Assembly (NCBI GenBank): GCA_025059205.1
Contig: JANXDS010000001.1
Location: forward strand, 76,014 to 140,013
Length of the DNA: 64,000 bases
Direction of reading: 5' to 3'
DNA from: Aigarchaeota archaeon
GTDB lineage: Archaea > Thermoproteota > Nitrososphaeria_A > Caldarchaeales > Wolframiiraptoraceae
Part shown: piece after piece, positions 20,557 to 29,740 of the stretch
Position numbering within the stretch: position 1 is the first letter of the stretch
Layout of the letters: every line of letters begins with the position of its first letter
Translations under genes and position numbers: made by a program
The notes under the pieces: generated by a model
Told to the model about the DNA's origin: nothing
What the model saw: only the letters and a program-made list of their open reading frames with translations
The model's database searches: none

Positions 20557-21524
20557 CAGATGCTTATGTCTATCCTTGCTACGGCTTTTGAACGTAGGAT
20601 ATCCATACCTATTCGCTCACTCGCCATGATGCCGTAGACTTCGTCCTTCATCGTCTCGTAGCTGCTTATTGTTAAATCTCGTCTAAGGAGCAGCACACCA
20701 GCCGCCTTCCTATCTATAACGAACGCCTTGTTATCTGGGACCGAGCCGCTATTGTCAACTATTAGTTCTAGGCCTAAGAAGTTGCCAAGCACGCCCCTCT
20801 GCTTATCAACGGCATCGCCGAAGTAAAAGCTGTGTATAAACCTGTCATCCTTCCAAAGGTCGGCCTCCCTAGACACGCTGACCAGCAGGCAGTCTGGATG
20901 GAACATCTCCTTTAGCACAGCCTTCCTCGCGTTGACAACGTCCTCGTAACTAAGCCTTCCGACGTTGATAGTAGTAATCTCCGAACCTCCAGCGAGTTCG
21001 TCTTCGGGTATCCGCAAGAACATTCCTATAACCTCTTCCGTCTCTAGTAGACCGACTGCTCTGCCAAGCTCCGCAGCCTGTCTTTCTAACACGCTCCACG
21101 GCGCATCTTCAAGAAACTTCCTCGTCCACTCGGCAGCCGCCCTTATCTCTAAGTCGGCCTTAACGTCTTGAACCTCATATTTCTCACCGGTAATCCAAAC
21201 CTGAGCCAGTTCCGCACTCCTATAAGCCCTCGCCTTCTTTGCCTTGGGGAACCTCACAACTGGGTCCGACGTTCTTATAACCTGAACTAGTCGCCTCGCT
21301 ATCAAGTTAGGCTGGGCCGCCTCGACTACTACGTCGTGCATTCTTGCTACTGCACCTAGCATACTGCTCGTTATCGACTCATAGCCAGACGGGAATAGCT
21401 CCGATATGCGTGCGAACACTGGGTTCGTCGAGAACTTTGGCAAGAGTTCGTTGAGTTCATCCCTAACCCTAGGGTCGCTGTAGAGAACCTCAAACCTTTT
21501 TGGCATTACGTCCTGCCAGCTCAT
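20556..21524 (-). CDS. HK97-fold major capsid protein-like (phage MCP / encapsulin superfamily)
   Basis: 322 aa. The C-terminal ~50 aa (AFVIDRKAAGVLLLRRDLTISSYETMKDEVYGIMASERIG) follows the hallmark pattern of HK97-fold shell proteins as recalled from T. maritima encapsulin and phage MCPs. Decoration-like, portal-like and protease-like neighbours support the call. Confidence 0.5.
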   Translation of the reverse strand: MSWQDVMPKRFEVLYSDPRVRDELNELLPKFSTNPVFARISELFPSGYESITSSMLGAVARMHDVVVEAAQPNLIARRLVQVIRTSDPVVRFPKAKKARAYRSAELAQVWITGEKYEVQDVKADLEIRAAAEWTRKFLEDAPWSVLERQAAELGRAVGLLETEEVIGMFLRIPEDELAGGSEITTINVGRLSYEDVVNARKAVLKEMFHPDCLLVSVSREADLWKDDRFIHSFYFGDAVDKQRGVLGNFLGLELIVDNSGSVPDNKAFVIDRKAAGVLLLRRDLTISSYETMKDEVYGIMASERIGMDILRSKAVARIDISI

Positions 21525-21525
21525 G

Positions 21526-21960
21526 TTACTTCACCACAAGGATTCTACCGGTATCGCCGGGAGCGGTGAATTTATCTAGGGCGATACCGAGCCTCCTGGC
21601 ATAGTATATCGTATACGTGCCGGTTCCACTTTCATTTACATCTTGATCTGTCAGCGGAAGTATGCGTCTCAAGCTATCCGCACCACACACGGCCTGGCCT
21701 ATGTTTATGGTTGCGCCTGCCACAACCTTCACTACACCAAATACACACACCGGTACGTAATCACCCTCCGAAGCGTTTTTCAAGGCTATCCCTAAACAAT
21801 TCGTAGGTGCCGTCGCCGGTGCTACAGTATCTTGGTCTACTAAGTATACGGGATCGCCTTTGGCTATCGTTGCAGCGGCCTTGAAGCTCAACACGACGCT
21901 CTCATCCCTTGGGGAAACTAAGTCCCCGACATCCGAATCAGGCCAAGCGTCCATTTCCAC
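21526..21960 (-). CDS. DUF2190-like phage head decoration/cement protein candidate
   Basis: 144 aa, Gly/Val-rich beta pattern (GDPVYLV...GDYVPVCVFGVVKVVAGATINIGQAV), immediately upstream of the MCP-like gene. Confidence 0.35.
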   Translation of the reverse strand: MEMDAWPDSDVGDLVSPRDESVVLSFKAAATIAKGDPVYLVDQDTVAPATAPTNCLGIALKNASEGDYVPVCVFGVVKVVAGATINIGQAVCGADSLRRILPLTDQDVNESGTGTYTIYYARRLGIALDKFTAPGDTGRILVVK

Positions 21961-22024
21961 TCAAAGCAATTTGTACAAATACTTTCCTAAAAACTATGAC
22001 ATAGATTTCGTAAATTACAGAACG

Positions 22025-22309
22025 TTAGATATTTTTTGCGTTTTCGCAGTTAAAGCTAACCCAGACATTCAATAATCTCTCTCCCTTCTCGGTAAGCTCG
22101 TAAATTTTTGCACCGGCTCTCGCCTGCTTATACGTCATTATGCCTTCGTTCACTGCATATTCTAGAATGCGCTTAAGCTTCTGATAATTGATACCCAGAA
22201 CGCGCCCAATTCTGTAAGGTGTGACACCACCGGCATTTGCCAACTCCAGTATTCTTACGAATTGTTCCAGTTCTCTCATACCAAAATAATTTTCACAAAA
22301 CTTGGTCAT
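22025..22309 (-). CDS. winged-helix DNA-binding protein (putative regulator of the capsid cassette)
   Basis: 94 aa with an HTH-like segment (TPYRIGRVLGINYQKLKRILEYAVNEG). It is first in the minus-strand operon and divergent from the portal-like gene. Confidence 0.45.
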   Translation of the reverse strand: MTKFCENYFGMRELEQFVRILELANAGGVTPYRIGRVLGINYQKLKRILEYAVNEGIMTYKQARAGAKIYELTEKGERLLNVWVSFNCENAKNI

Positions 22310-22396
22310 AAATTTTTTACATATATTTTCGTTCCACTTTCACGACACTTTGTACTATGCAATTTTTATCCATCTTGGTTTTAACATTTCTTTGAT

Positions 22397-23677
22397 ATGC
22401 TCCTGAAAAGGTTAACTGGAAAGGTACCCATTAGGCCTCTGACAGAGTATATGCAACACTCAACCACCCACGTGACATCCGGTACTCTCGAGTACCCAGC
22501 CGTACCGTTCCAGCACTACATAGACTACTATCTGAGCGATCCGCTCATCATGAGCGCGGCTGATTACATAGAACAGGCGGTCGCAGGTATGGGGGGTTAT
22601 ACAACGGCCGATTTTGATCCTGCAAAGGAGAGCATCGATGAATTTAATGCAAAGATAAACCTCGACGAACTTCACCTGAAAATCGCGAAGTGGACGACAC
22701 TCTGCGGCAACTTTTTCTTGGAGAGAGTTTACGACGTTTACGACGTCGAGGTATTGAGAGATCCATGGACATCTGCGAAAGTGGAACTCATAGTACCAGC
22801 AAAAGGTGCGGCGTTGGTCGATGTGAGACCTTTACCGCTTAGCTCTATAGTATCGGCAGCTCGAACGTCAGATGGAGAGATTTTATGGTACAATCGTTTG
22901 TACAGGGGTCAACAGAGCAAGCTATCATCTAAGCTAGTTGTTCACTATAAGTGGAACGTCGTTGACGAGCGTGCCTTCGGTACGGGCTGGTTAACCTCGA
23001 TGCTCACAGAAGGTGTAGGTTTCACGGTAAAAGGTAAAGTTAGAAAGCGTGAACCATTCGTCAAACTGAAGGAGAAGCTTGACGACGCCTCCATGAGACT
23101 TGCCATAAAGGCAATACCGAGGCACGTTTACGTCTTTCCCACGATGCCACTAGACATCCTAAAAGAGGCTCAATCGCAGCTAGAGAAGCTCGAGCCGGAG
23201 CAGGACTTCTTGACAAATAGCAAAGAATTTGACGTGAGGGAGGTAGGCGTCTCGTCTAGGGCCGTCTTGGAGTTCTTCTGGAAGCACATACTCGATCAGT
23301 TCATAATGGGCACGCAGACACACCACGTAAGGCTCTTTACAGTTCCTGGATTTACGGAAGCCTCTGCCAAGGTGGCAGACTCGGCTATGGAAAGGAAGCT
23401 CATGGCCGTTAGAAGATTCATCAAGCGTATTACGGAGCGCGAGATATTCGACGAGTACCTGAGAACCCACGGTATAGACCCCAGACGGGCAAACGTGAGG
23501 TGGAATTGGGGCCTGAAGGAAGAACCAAAGATAGAGATAGAGCATCTCATAAGGTTCGCTGAACTGCTGACACGCGGTGTGCAGGTTGTCAGGTTAGATG
23601 AGTTACGGGAGATGTTGAAACGACTAGGTTTCATGCTTACGGAGTCCGAGGAGCAGGGAAAGGAGGTGGCGGAATAA
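22397..23677 (+). CDS. portal-like protein candidate (no motif-level confirmation possible)
   Basis: 426 aa with an acidic C-terminus and no Walker A motif, so not a terminase. It lies immediately upstream of, and overlaps by 1 nt, a prohead-protease-like gene. The assignment is by position only. Confidence 0.3.
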   Translation: MLLKRLTGKVPIRPLTEYMQHSTTHVTSGTLEYPAVPFQHYIDYYLSDPLIMSAADYIEQAVAGMGGYTTADFDPAKESIDEFNAKINLDELHLKIAKWTTLCGNFFLERVYDVYDVEVLRDPWTSAKVELIVPAKGAALVDVRPLPLSSIVSAARTSDGEILWYNRLYRGQQSKLSSKLVVHYKWNVVDERAFGTGWLTSMLTEGVGFTVKGKVRKREPFVKLKEKLDDASMRLAIKAIPRHVYVFPTMPLDILKEAQSQLEKLEPEQDFLTNSKEFDVREVGVSSRAVLEFFWKHILDQFIMGTQTHHVRLFTVPGFTEASAKVADSAMERKLMAVRRFIKRITEREIFDEYLRTHGIDPRRANVRWNWGLKEEPKIEIEHLIRFAELLTRGVQVVRLDELREMLKRLGFMLTESEEQGKEVAE

Positions 23678-23678
23678 A

Positions 23679-24497
23679 ATGCCTTGGGAGGAAACTGAAG
23701 ATTACATAAGGAGCGGCCATAGAGACCCCGACGAATTCGAGCCCGAAAGCTTCAGGACGATAGATATCGATACCGAAAAAGGAATAAAAGCTGTAGTTGC
23801 CAAACCAAAGGGTAAAGATACGACGGAAGTACAGAGTTTTCTGTTCGCGAAGTCTAAAGGCTGGACGCTAGAGAAGGCAAAAGAGTGGTTTGAGAAACAC
23901 GCTGCTGGCGCAGAATCTTTCAACTGGGCCTCGGAAGTGTTCAGACTGTACAAGAATCTAGCGGAGTCTAGTGGCGCAAAGGTCTGGAAGGTCAAGGCGC
24001 TCCATGTAGGAAAGACTAGAAACAACACGCTCTTTACCGAGGATGAGTTGAGGCTTGCGGCTAGGAGTCTTGCCATGAGGCCCGTGAGCATAAACCACTC
24101 GGAGTTGCTGCCTTTTCCGGATAATGTAGTGATCACCGCGGAGTACGAGGACGGTGCTGTTGAAGCACTAGTCTGGATATCGGACCAGAACGTGAATCGG
24201 ATGATAGAGTCGGGCGAGATAAGTGGAGCAAGCGTTGAGTGGGTGGCGATGAGTGCGTTACCTGTCAACGGTATAAAACCAAGCGGTCTCGTCTTTACGG
24301 GTTTGGCGCTGCTCACAAAGAATGTCGAACCAGGTGATCCACTCGCAAGGATAATCAAGGAGGATGTTAGCATGACAAAAGTCGATCATGAACGCCTGAT
24401 GCGGAGCCCTGCCGCTAGGGCTATCCTATCGAAATATGGAAACCCGAAGTCGGTAACGCTACGCGGAAAAATTCTGAGAAGTGTTATGAAGGAATAA
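23679..24497 (+). CDS. HK97-family (S78-like) prohead protease candidate
   Basis: His (VSINHSE, ~aa 140) and Ser (EISGASVEW, ~aa 185) are spaced about 45 aa apart, as in prohead proteases. The gene lies between the portal-like gene and the tRNA. Confidence 0.4.
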   Translation: MPWEETEDYIRSGHRDPDEFEPESFRTIDIDTEKGIKAVVAKPKGKDTTEVQSFLFAKSKGWTLEKAKEWFEKHAAGAESFNWASEVFRLYKNLAESSGAKVWKVKALHVGKTRNNTLFTEDELRLAARSLAMRPVSINHSELLPFPDNVVITAEYEDGAVEALVWISDQNVNRMIESGEISGASVEWVAMSALPVNGIKPSGLVFTGLALLTKNVEPGDPLARIIKEDVSMTKVDHERLMRSPAARAILSKYGNPKSVTLRGKILRSVMKE

Positions 24498-24505
24498 TAG
24501 ATTGA

Positions 24506-24621
24506 TAGCCCGGGCCGGATTCGAACCGGCGTCCGCGGGGTTCTCCTCCGCCATGAGATCCAGAGCCCGCGATCCTTAGCCCAGCATCCGACCGAGCGTT
24601 TGGCCGCTAGACGACCGGGCT
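24506..24621 (-). tRNA. tRNA-Gln(CUG) with two predicted introns (D-arm region and anticodon loop), CCA not encoded
   Basis: Reverse complement shows acceptor AGCCCGG/CCGGGCT, T-arm GCCGG-TTCGAAT-CCGGC, anticodon stem GCGGG/CCCGC and loop CUCUGGA. The exons reconstruct the archaeal-type D-arm GTCTAGCGGCC+AAGGAT. The extra ~24 nt (plus 24578..24601) and ~19 nt (plus 24540..24558) are taken as introns. Confidence 0.6.
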
Positions 24622-24661
24622 ATCAGATAAAAGTTTCCCCTCGTTCTATTTCAATTTTCCG

Positions 24662-25237
24662 CTACGTCATCCTCTTGAATATCGGTAAGATGCCCAGATA
24701 AACTACGTCATTACGCTCGCTACCTTCTAGGAGTATAGCAGCCTTCTTTTCGACCGTTCCGCCGGCCCTTGTGACGATTCTTTCCATAGCACTTAAAGTT
24801 TCTCCTGTGCTAACTATGTCATCTATTATGCCGACTCTCTTACCGGCAATTTTCTCCTTATATCTTCCGTCAATGCAAAGTACCAACTCCTTGCTAGAGG
24901 TTATTGGTTTATAGGACACAAATATGGGATCGTGCATGAATGGTTTAATCTCTTTTCTGCAGACAACATAAAACTTATGGTTCAACATGTTCGCCAGTTC
25001 GTGGACAAGCGCTATACCTTTGCTCTCGGTCGTCATGAGGACGTCGCAGGTCAATAGGTGTTTATAAAGCTCCTTCGCACAATGATCTATGAATTCCTTG
25101 TCGCCCAGGCTGTCAAAGTATGCGATCCATGTGTCTGGAGATACTTGAACGAGAGGCAACTTTCTTCTGAACCCTCTCACCTCCAGCTCATAGTATTCCT
25201 GCCCTTCGTATTTCAGCACGTACGTCAACCTACTCAC
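24662..25237 (-). CDS. type I phosphoribosyltransferase (adenine/purine PRTase-like)
   Basis: PRPP-binding motif VGIIDDIVSTGETL. Size 191 aa. Confidence 0.7.
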   Translation of the reverse strand: MSRLTYVLKYEGQEYYELEVRGFRRKLPLVQVSPDTWIAYFDSLGDKEFIDHCAKELYKHLLTCDVLMTTESKGIALVHELANMLNHKFYVVCRKEIKPFMHDPIFVSYKPITSSKELVLCIDGRYKEKIAGKRVGIIDDIVSTGETLSAMERIVTRAGGTVEKKAAILLEGSERNDVVYLGILPIFKRMT

Positions 25238-25415
25238 CAGCTGTTTTTAAGGAAAGCATGTATGTATAAGTTTTTCAAGGAAACCCTGCCGCACATGATT
25301 TTCAAATGAAACTCGAAACGAATAGCACAGATTATTCTATTGAGTACGTAAACGTGATTCAGGAATTATTCAGCCATCTACGTAAACCCAACGGTTATAG
25401 CCCTGGATCAAAGCC

Positions 25416-26615
25416 GTGCGGCTCTTGATGAACATTCGTTGCACGGTTTTAAGCACAGATATACCTGACTCTTGGAAGTACGCAGGCGACGGTTGGGGTT
25501 CGAGCCTACACAGAATATGCTCCAGAACCGGCTCGTTCCCTCCTGCTCTTGCCCACTATTTTGTGAAAAAATACTCTAGACGCGGTGACATAGTCCTCGA
25601 CCCATTTTCTGGAAAGGGTACGCTGCCCCTCGAAGCGTGCCTGAACGGAAGAGTTGGTATAGGCAACGACCTGGCGCCAGAGGCATACGTAATAACTAGG
25701 GCAAAAGTGAACCCGGTTACTTTGTATGATGTAAAGGAATGGATATGCAAGACGAGAGAAAAATGGAGCCCAGAAAGTTATGATGTCGACGAAGTGAGTG
25801 ATGACGTTCGTGTATTCTTCAGCAAATACACGCTCAGACAGATATTGGCGATAAGAGAAATACTGATGGACGACGATTCGGATCTAGCAAACTTTATAAA
25901 AGCTCTCATGTGTGGGATACTCCACGGTCCCACCAAGATACATTTAAGCATACCGTGTTCCCATGCTTTCTCGATGTCTCCGAAGTACATACGGCGTTTT
26001 GCAAAGAAGAACGGTCTAAAAAAACCCAGGAGGGACGTGCTAAAGTGCCTCCTTATGAAGGCTGAGAGGGTTTTGGCAGATGGTCTGCCAAAAGTTAGGG
26101 GCATGGCTACGATGGAAGATGCCAGGAAGTTAACGCTGGAGGACGAAAGCGTCAACCTGATAGTTACCTCTCCGCCATACTTTAACATGCAGACTTATGC
26201 TTGGGATAATTGGCTTAGGTTATGGTTTTTAGGATATGACTACTTAGACGTGAAAAATAAACTATTCCAGTCCGAATCGAAGCAAAAGTTCAAAGTCTTT
26301 ATGCTTGAATCCCTGAAAGAAATGTTCAGGGTATTAAAGAACAATTCAGCTTGCTTTGTAGTTGTTGGTGATGTGAAGCTAAACGGTTACTACATCAACA
26401 TGGCAGAGATGATAGCGCCGATAGCTGAAAGTGTAGGCTTTACTGTTGCTAGGTTGATTTCAGACTCCATACCGAAGTCGAATAAACACCTTATGTACAT
26501 AAAAGAGGAAGAAGGTGTAAGCCGAGAGAGGATACTAGAACTCCACAAAGGCAATCCAATATATAACGACGAACCCGTCGCTTGGGCTAAGGTAACCATG
26601 GAGGTTTTTGCATGA
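25416..26615 (+). CDS. DNA methyltransferase, N4-cytosine/N6-adenine family, alpha architecture
   Basis: AdoMet motif I VLDPFSGKGT near aa 60 and catalytic motif IV TSPPYF near aa 250, with the target-recognition region between them. Confidence 0.8.
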   Translation: MRLLMNIRCTVLSTDIPDSWKYAGDGWGSSLHRICSRTGSFPPALAHYFVKKYSRRGDIVLDPFSGKGTLPLEACLNGRVGIGNDLAPEAYVITRAKVNPVTLYDVKEWICKTREKWSPESYDVDEVSDDVRVFFSKYTLRQILAIREILMDDDSDLANFIKALMCGILHGPTKIHLSIPCSHAFSMSPKYIRRFAKKNGLKKPRRDVLKCLLMKAERVLADGLPKVRGMATMEDARKLTLEDESVNLIVTSPPYFNMQTYAWDNWLRLWFLGYDYLDVKNKLFQSESKQKFKVFMLESLKEMFRVLKNNSACFVVVGDVKLNGYYINMAEMIAPIAESVGFTVARLISDSIPKSNKHLMYIKEEEGVSRERILELHKGNPIYNDEPVAWAKVTMEVFA

Positions 26616-27709
26616 TTCTGGAAACACATGGGGATGTTTGCAGACTGGGCTACATGAGGCTCATAGCATGCCTTGCCGAGGAAGATACGCCCAAGAGTTT
26701 TGACTTCTTATCATCCATCCTTTACGACTTCGTACGTAACATTGGACCGCCACAGCTTCCGATAAAACCGATAGGTATAATCACCAGACCCGTAAACGCA
26801 AGAAACTACGTATCCGTTGCTGCAGAGATGAACGTATTAGATAAAAAAACTCAGACTTTAGGGGAAATTGGTAGGCTTTACATAAGGCTAGACTCCGCCA
26901 AGAAATTCCTCAACGAAAGTAAACAAATTACACATGAGGAACTGTTAACACTAAATCCGGTTGAGAAGGTGCTGCTATTTGCTGCCCTAATTTCTGCAGA
27001 TTTCCCATTTTTGTTGAACGTTATGATTTGGACTTTAGAGCACGAAGAGTTCACGAGAATGGAGGCGATGAATTACATGATGGAAGAGCTTTATCCTTCT
27101 GCTCTGAGGAGCATTATAACAAAGGTTGACGCGAAGAAGAGGAGTCTGATAGAAAGGGAGATCGCTGAAGCGGAAAAATTCAAGACGAAGAGATTAGGTC
27201 TAGAGAATAAGAGCGAATGGATAAAAAGTAGCCAGTATGCTAAGTACAGACACGCAGCTCCGCCTAGGTTGGAATGGCTCGTAGATTTAGGGATTCTCAA
27301 AAGAGCCGGTAGAGGCAAGTATTCTGTGGATGAGACTTTCGTCAAATGTAAAGAGATATTCGAAGATTACCTTAAGATCTCCACGAAAAAGCTCGAAGAA
27401 GAAATTATAAAGGATGTAGCTCCGCTCATGGTTCCAGGCTTGACAAAAGCTAGTAGACTTGACATGGCGAACATGATAATCGAGGCATATAGGAGGTTTG
27501 CGAGCGGGGGAAATGCAGTAAATCTCAGCATGTTAGAAAGGCTTTGTGTTTTCCTTCTGCTGGAAAGGAAGCTATTCTCAACGCCTAGCATGGTTCACGA
27601 CGTCTTCAACAACTTAGCCATTAGGTTTCCGGACAAGATGTTCGTACAAAGAGGAAAGACGGGCAGCGTAGAGGTAGCCATGATGAACATATCTCCGTCT
27701 GACATTTAA
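26612..27709 (+). CDS. hypothetical protein translationally coupled to the methyltransferase (candidate restriction endonuclease or specificity partner)
   Basis: Its start overlaps the methyltransferase stop (ATGA). 365 aa with no recognisable motif. Confidence 0.3.
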   Translation: MILETHGDVCRLGYMRLIACLAEEDTPKSFDFLSSILYDFVRNIGPPQLPIKPIGIITRPVNARNYVSVAAEMNVLDKKTQTLGEIGRLYIRLDSAKKFLNESKQITHEELLTLNPVEKVLLFAALISADFPFLLNVMIWTLEHEEFTRMEAMNYMMEELYPSALRSIITKVDAKKRSLIEREIAEAEKFKTKRLGLENKSEWIKSSQYAKYRHAAPPRLEWLVDLGILKRAGRGKYSVDETFVKCKEIFEDYLKISTKKLEEEIIKDVAPLMVPGLTKASRLDMANMIIEAYRRFASGGNAVNLSMLERLCVFLLLERKLFSTPSMVHDVFNNLAIRFPDKMFVQRGKTGSVEVAMMNISPSDI

Positions 27710-27812
27710 CAATGAGGTTTTTGGTGAAGTGCAGGGAGCACCTACAAGTCACGAAAAAAACTTATAACGCCTAGCAGCCCGCTTACGTTTTGATTCGAAG
27801 AGGTGCGTAGGT

Positions 27813-29024
27813 TTGGATTTCGATTTTACCGAGGAGCAAGAGCTTTTTAGAAAGTCCGTTAGAGAATATTGTCAAAAGAACTTAGCCTCAAGGCTCCTAG
27901 ATATAGAGGAAGGTGGCAGAATACCTCAGGAGATAATTGAAGGCTTAGCGAGCATAGGAGTCCTTGCGATGACAGTATCGCCCGAAAAAGGCGGAGCGGG
28001 TGCGGATGCCGTGACTGCAGGCATAGCAGGCGAGGAAATAGGTAGAGCTGACGTATCTTGCGCTACTGCCGTCTTTTACCTCGTTCCCGCAGCATGGGGC
28101 TATATATTTGACAAATACGGAGACCCCGAACTCTCAAAGAAGGTTCTTTCAAAGGTTACAAAGGGTAGAGCATTCGTCGGAATAGCAACCACAGAGCCAG
28201 CAGCCGGTTCAGACCTTGCCAACATACGGATGACTGCCGTAAAGAAGGGTAGCACATACATCCTTAACGGTGAGAAGCTTTACACCTCTGGCGTAAAGGA
28301 GGTAATGGAGCTTCTACCTGAAGGTGGTGGCTTCCTCACTTTGGCAAAGACCGACCCATCAAAAGGAGCGAGGGGCATGTCGCTGTTTTACGTACCAATA
28401 AAGGAGGTTTCTGGAGAGGTCAGCGTTACGTACCTCAAAGAGATGGGAAGGAAGGGCATATCGACCGGAGGCTTTTCGTTAAAGGACGTAGAGATCCCTG
28501 AAGAGAATATGGTCGGACCGGAGAATAGGGGATTCTACATTTGCATGGAGGGCTTTGACTTTGCTAGGTCGATAATATCGGTTGTCTGTTGTGGTGCGGC
28601 CATGGCGGCTCTTGAGATGGTGATGGATTATATAAAACAAAGGAACGTCTTTGGCAACCCGTTGGCCAAATATGAAGGTGTGCAGTTTAAGCTGGCAGAG
28701 AACTATGCAAAGCTTGATGCCGTGAGACTTTTAGGTTATAGAGCATTATGGATGTTCGATAAGGAGCAGAGAGAAGGCAGGTTCACGAGGTTCGAGGTAA
28801 CGAAGGCGGCCGCAGAAGCTAAAATGTTGGCACCATGGGTAGCGTTTGATGCGATAAACGATGCTATGCAGTGGTATGGAGCATACGGTTACATGGCCGA
28901 GTGTCCTCTTCAGATAGCATTGAGGGGTGTGAGATCTTACATGTGGGCCGAAGGTGCTACAGAGATAATGAAGATAATAGTGGCAAGGGAGCTGCTTGGT
29001 AAAGAGTACATAGCATATAGGTAA
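27813..29024 (+). CDS. acyl-CoA dehydrogenase
   Basis: 403 aa with an ACAD fold, including the catalytic-base region near YMWAEGATEIMKIIVAREL at the C-terminus. Confidence 0.85.
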   Translation: MDFDFTEEQELFRKSVREYCQKNLASRLLDIEEGGRIPQEIIEGLASIGVLAMTVSPEKGGAGADAVTAGIAGEEIGRADVSCATAVFYLVPAAWGYIFDKYGDPELSKKVLSKVTKGRAFVGIATTEPAAGSDLANIRMTAVKKGSTYILNGEKLYTSGVKEVMELLPEGGGFLTLAKTDPSKGARGMSLFYVPIKEVSGEVSVTYLKEMGRKGISTGGFSLKDVEIPEENMVGPENRGFYICMEGFDFARSIISVVCCGAAMAALEMVMDYIKQRNVFGNPLAKYEGVQFKLAENYAKLDAVRLLGYRALWMFDKEQREGRFTRFEVTKAAAEAKMLAPWVAFDAINDAMQWYGAYGYMAECPLQIALRGVRSYMWAEGATEIMKIIVARELLGKEYIAYR

Positions 29025-29041
29025 CGCTTAAGGATGCAAGA

Positions 29042-29689
29042 TTGGACGAGGAAACCTTCGTAAAAATAATTAACTTGCTAGCTGAGCGTTACGGTATTCA
29101 GGCTCCCGTACATTTAGATAGCCTTGACCCGTTCAAAGTACTCGTGGGTACGGTACTTTCGCATAGAACCCGCGATGAGGTGACGGATTTAGCATTCAGA
29201 AGACTATTCTCAAAGTATAAGAACGTCGAGGAGATCGCAAATGCACCACTCGATGATATAACGCGCCTGATAAAGCCCGTAGGATTTTACAAGGAAAAGG
29301 CTAAAAGGATAAAGGAAATCGCAAAGTTGATACTTGAGCGTTATGGCGGCCAAGTCCCAAGAAGCAGGGAGCTACTTATGGAACTTCCAGGTGTAGGCTA
29401 CAAAACAGCAGATATAGTGTTATCGGTCGCCTACGGTGAACCTATCGTGGCCGTAGATACACATGTCGAGACGATCTCGAAAAGGCTTGGAATAGTTGGT
29501 TGGAACGCGAAGTACGAAGAGATAAGAAAGGGTATAGAGAGGATTACGCCGCCGCATATGAGAAGGATTGTAAACAGAGTGTTAGTTACGTTCGGAAAGG
29601 AAATATGCAGGAAGCCAAGACCAAAATGCGAATCCTGTCCGATAACTGCTTACTGCGAATGGTATACGAAGAAGACTTTGTCGCGTTAG
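29042..29689 (+). CDS. nth: endonuclease III (HhH-GPD DNA glycosylase with 4Fe-4S cluster)
   Basis: HhH-GPD motif (LPGVGYKTADIVL...VDTHV) and a C-terminal CX6CX2CX5C cluster. Confidence 0.85.
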   Translation: MDEETFVKIINLLAERYGIQAPVHLDSLDPFKVLVGTVLSHRTRDEVTDLAFRRLFSKYKNVEEIANAPLDDITRLIKPVGFYKEKAKRIKEIAKLILERYGGQVPRSRELLMELPGVGYKTADIVLSVAYGEPIVAVDTHVETISKRLGIVGWNAKYEEIRKGIERITPPHMRRIVNRVLVTFGKEICRKPRPKCESCPITAYCEWYTKKTLSR

Positions 29690-29740
29690 TATGTTTTGTA
29701 ACGTAAAAAATAAATACATTATTTTATTAATTACGTTTTT

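Noticed and set aside
23702-24373. 223-aa minus-strand ORF antisense to the prohead-protease-like gene
   Set aside because: It fully overlaps a better-supported plus-strand gene and is Ser-rich, a compositional artefact.
20280-24630. Direct-repeat att sites flanking the capsid cassette (copy of the tRNA-Gln 3' end on the far side)
   Set aside because: Looked for cgggccggattcgaacc-like sequence around 20280..20360 and other intergenic regions to the left and found none by eye. Borders of the element therefore remain undefined. This needs a computational repeat search.
24662-25237. PRTase as a possible defence effector (PRTase-domain effectors occur in some bacterial defence systems)
   Set aside because: The protein is a compact, full-length type I PRTase with no extra domains. 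It is most simply a housekeeping purine/pyrimidine salvage enzyme despite the island location.
29697-29740. AT-rich extended palindrome (AACGTAA...TTACGTT) between nth and the CDGSH gene
   Set aside because: It is short, AT-rich and sits between a gene end and a gene start. It is most likely a combined terminator/promoter element of no special interest.
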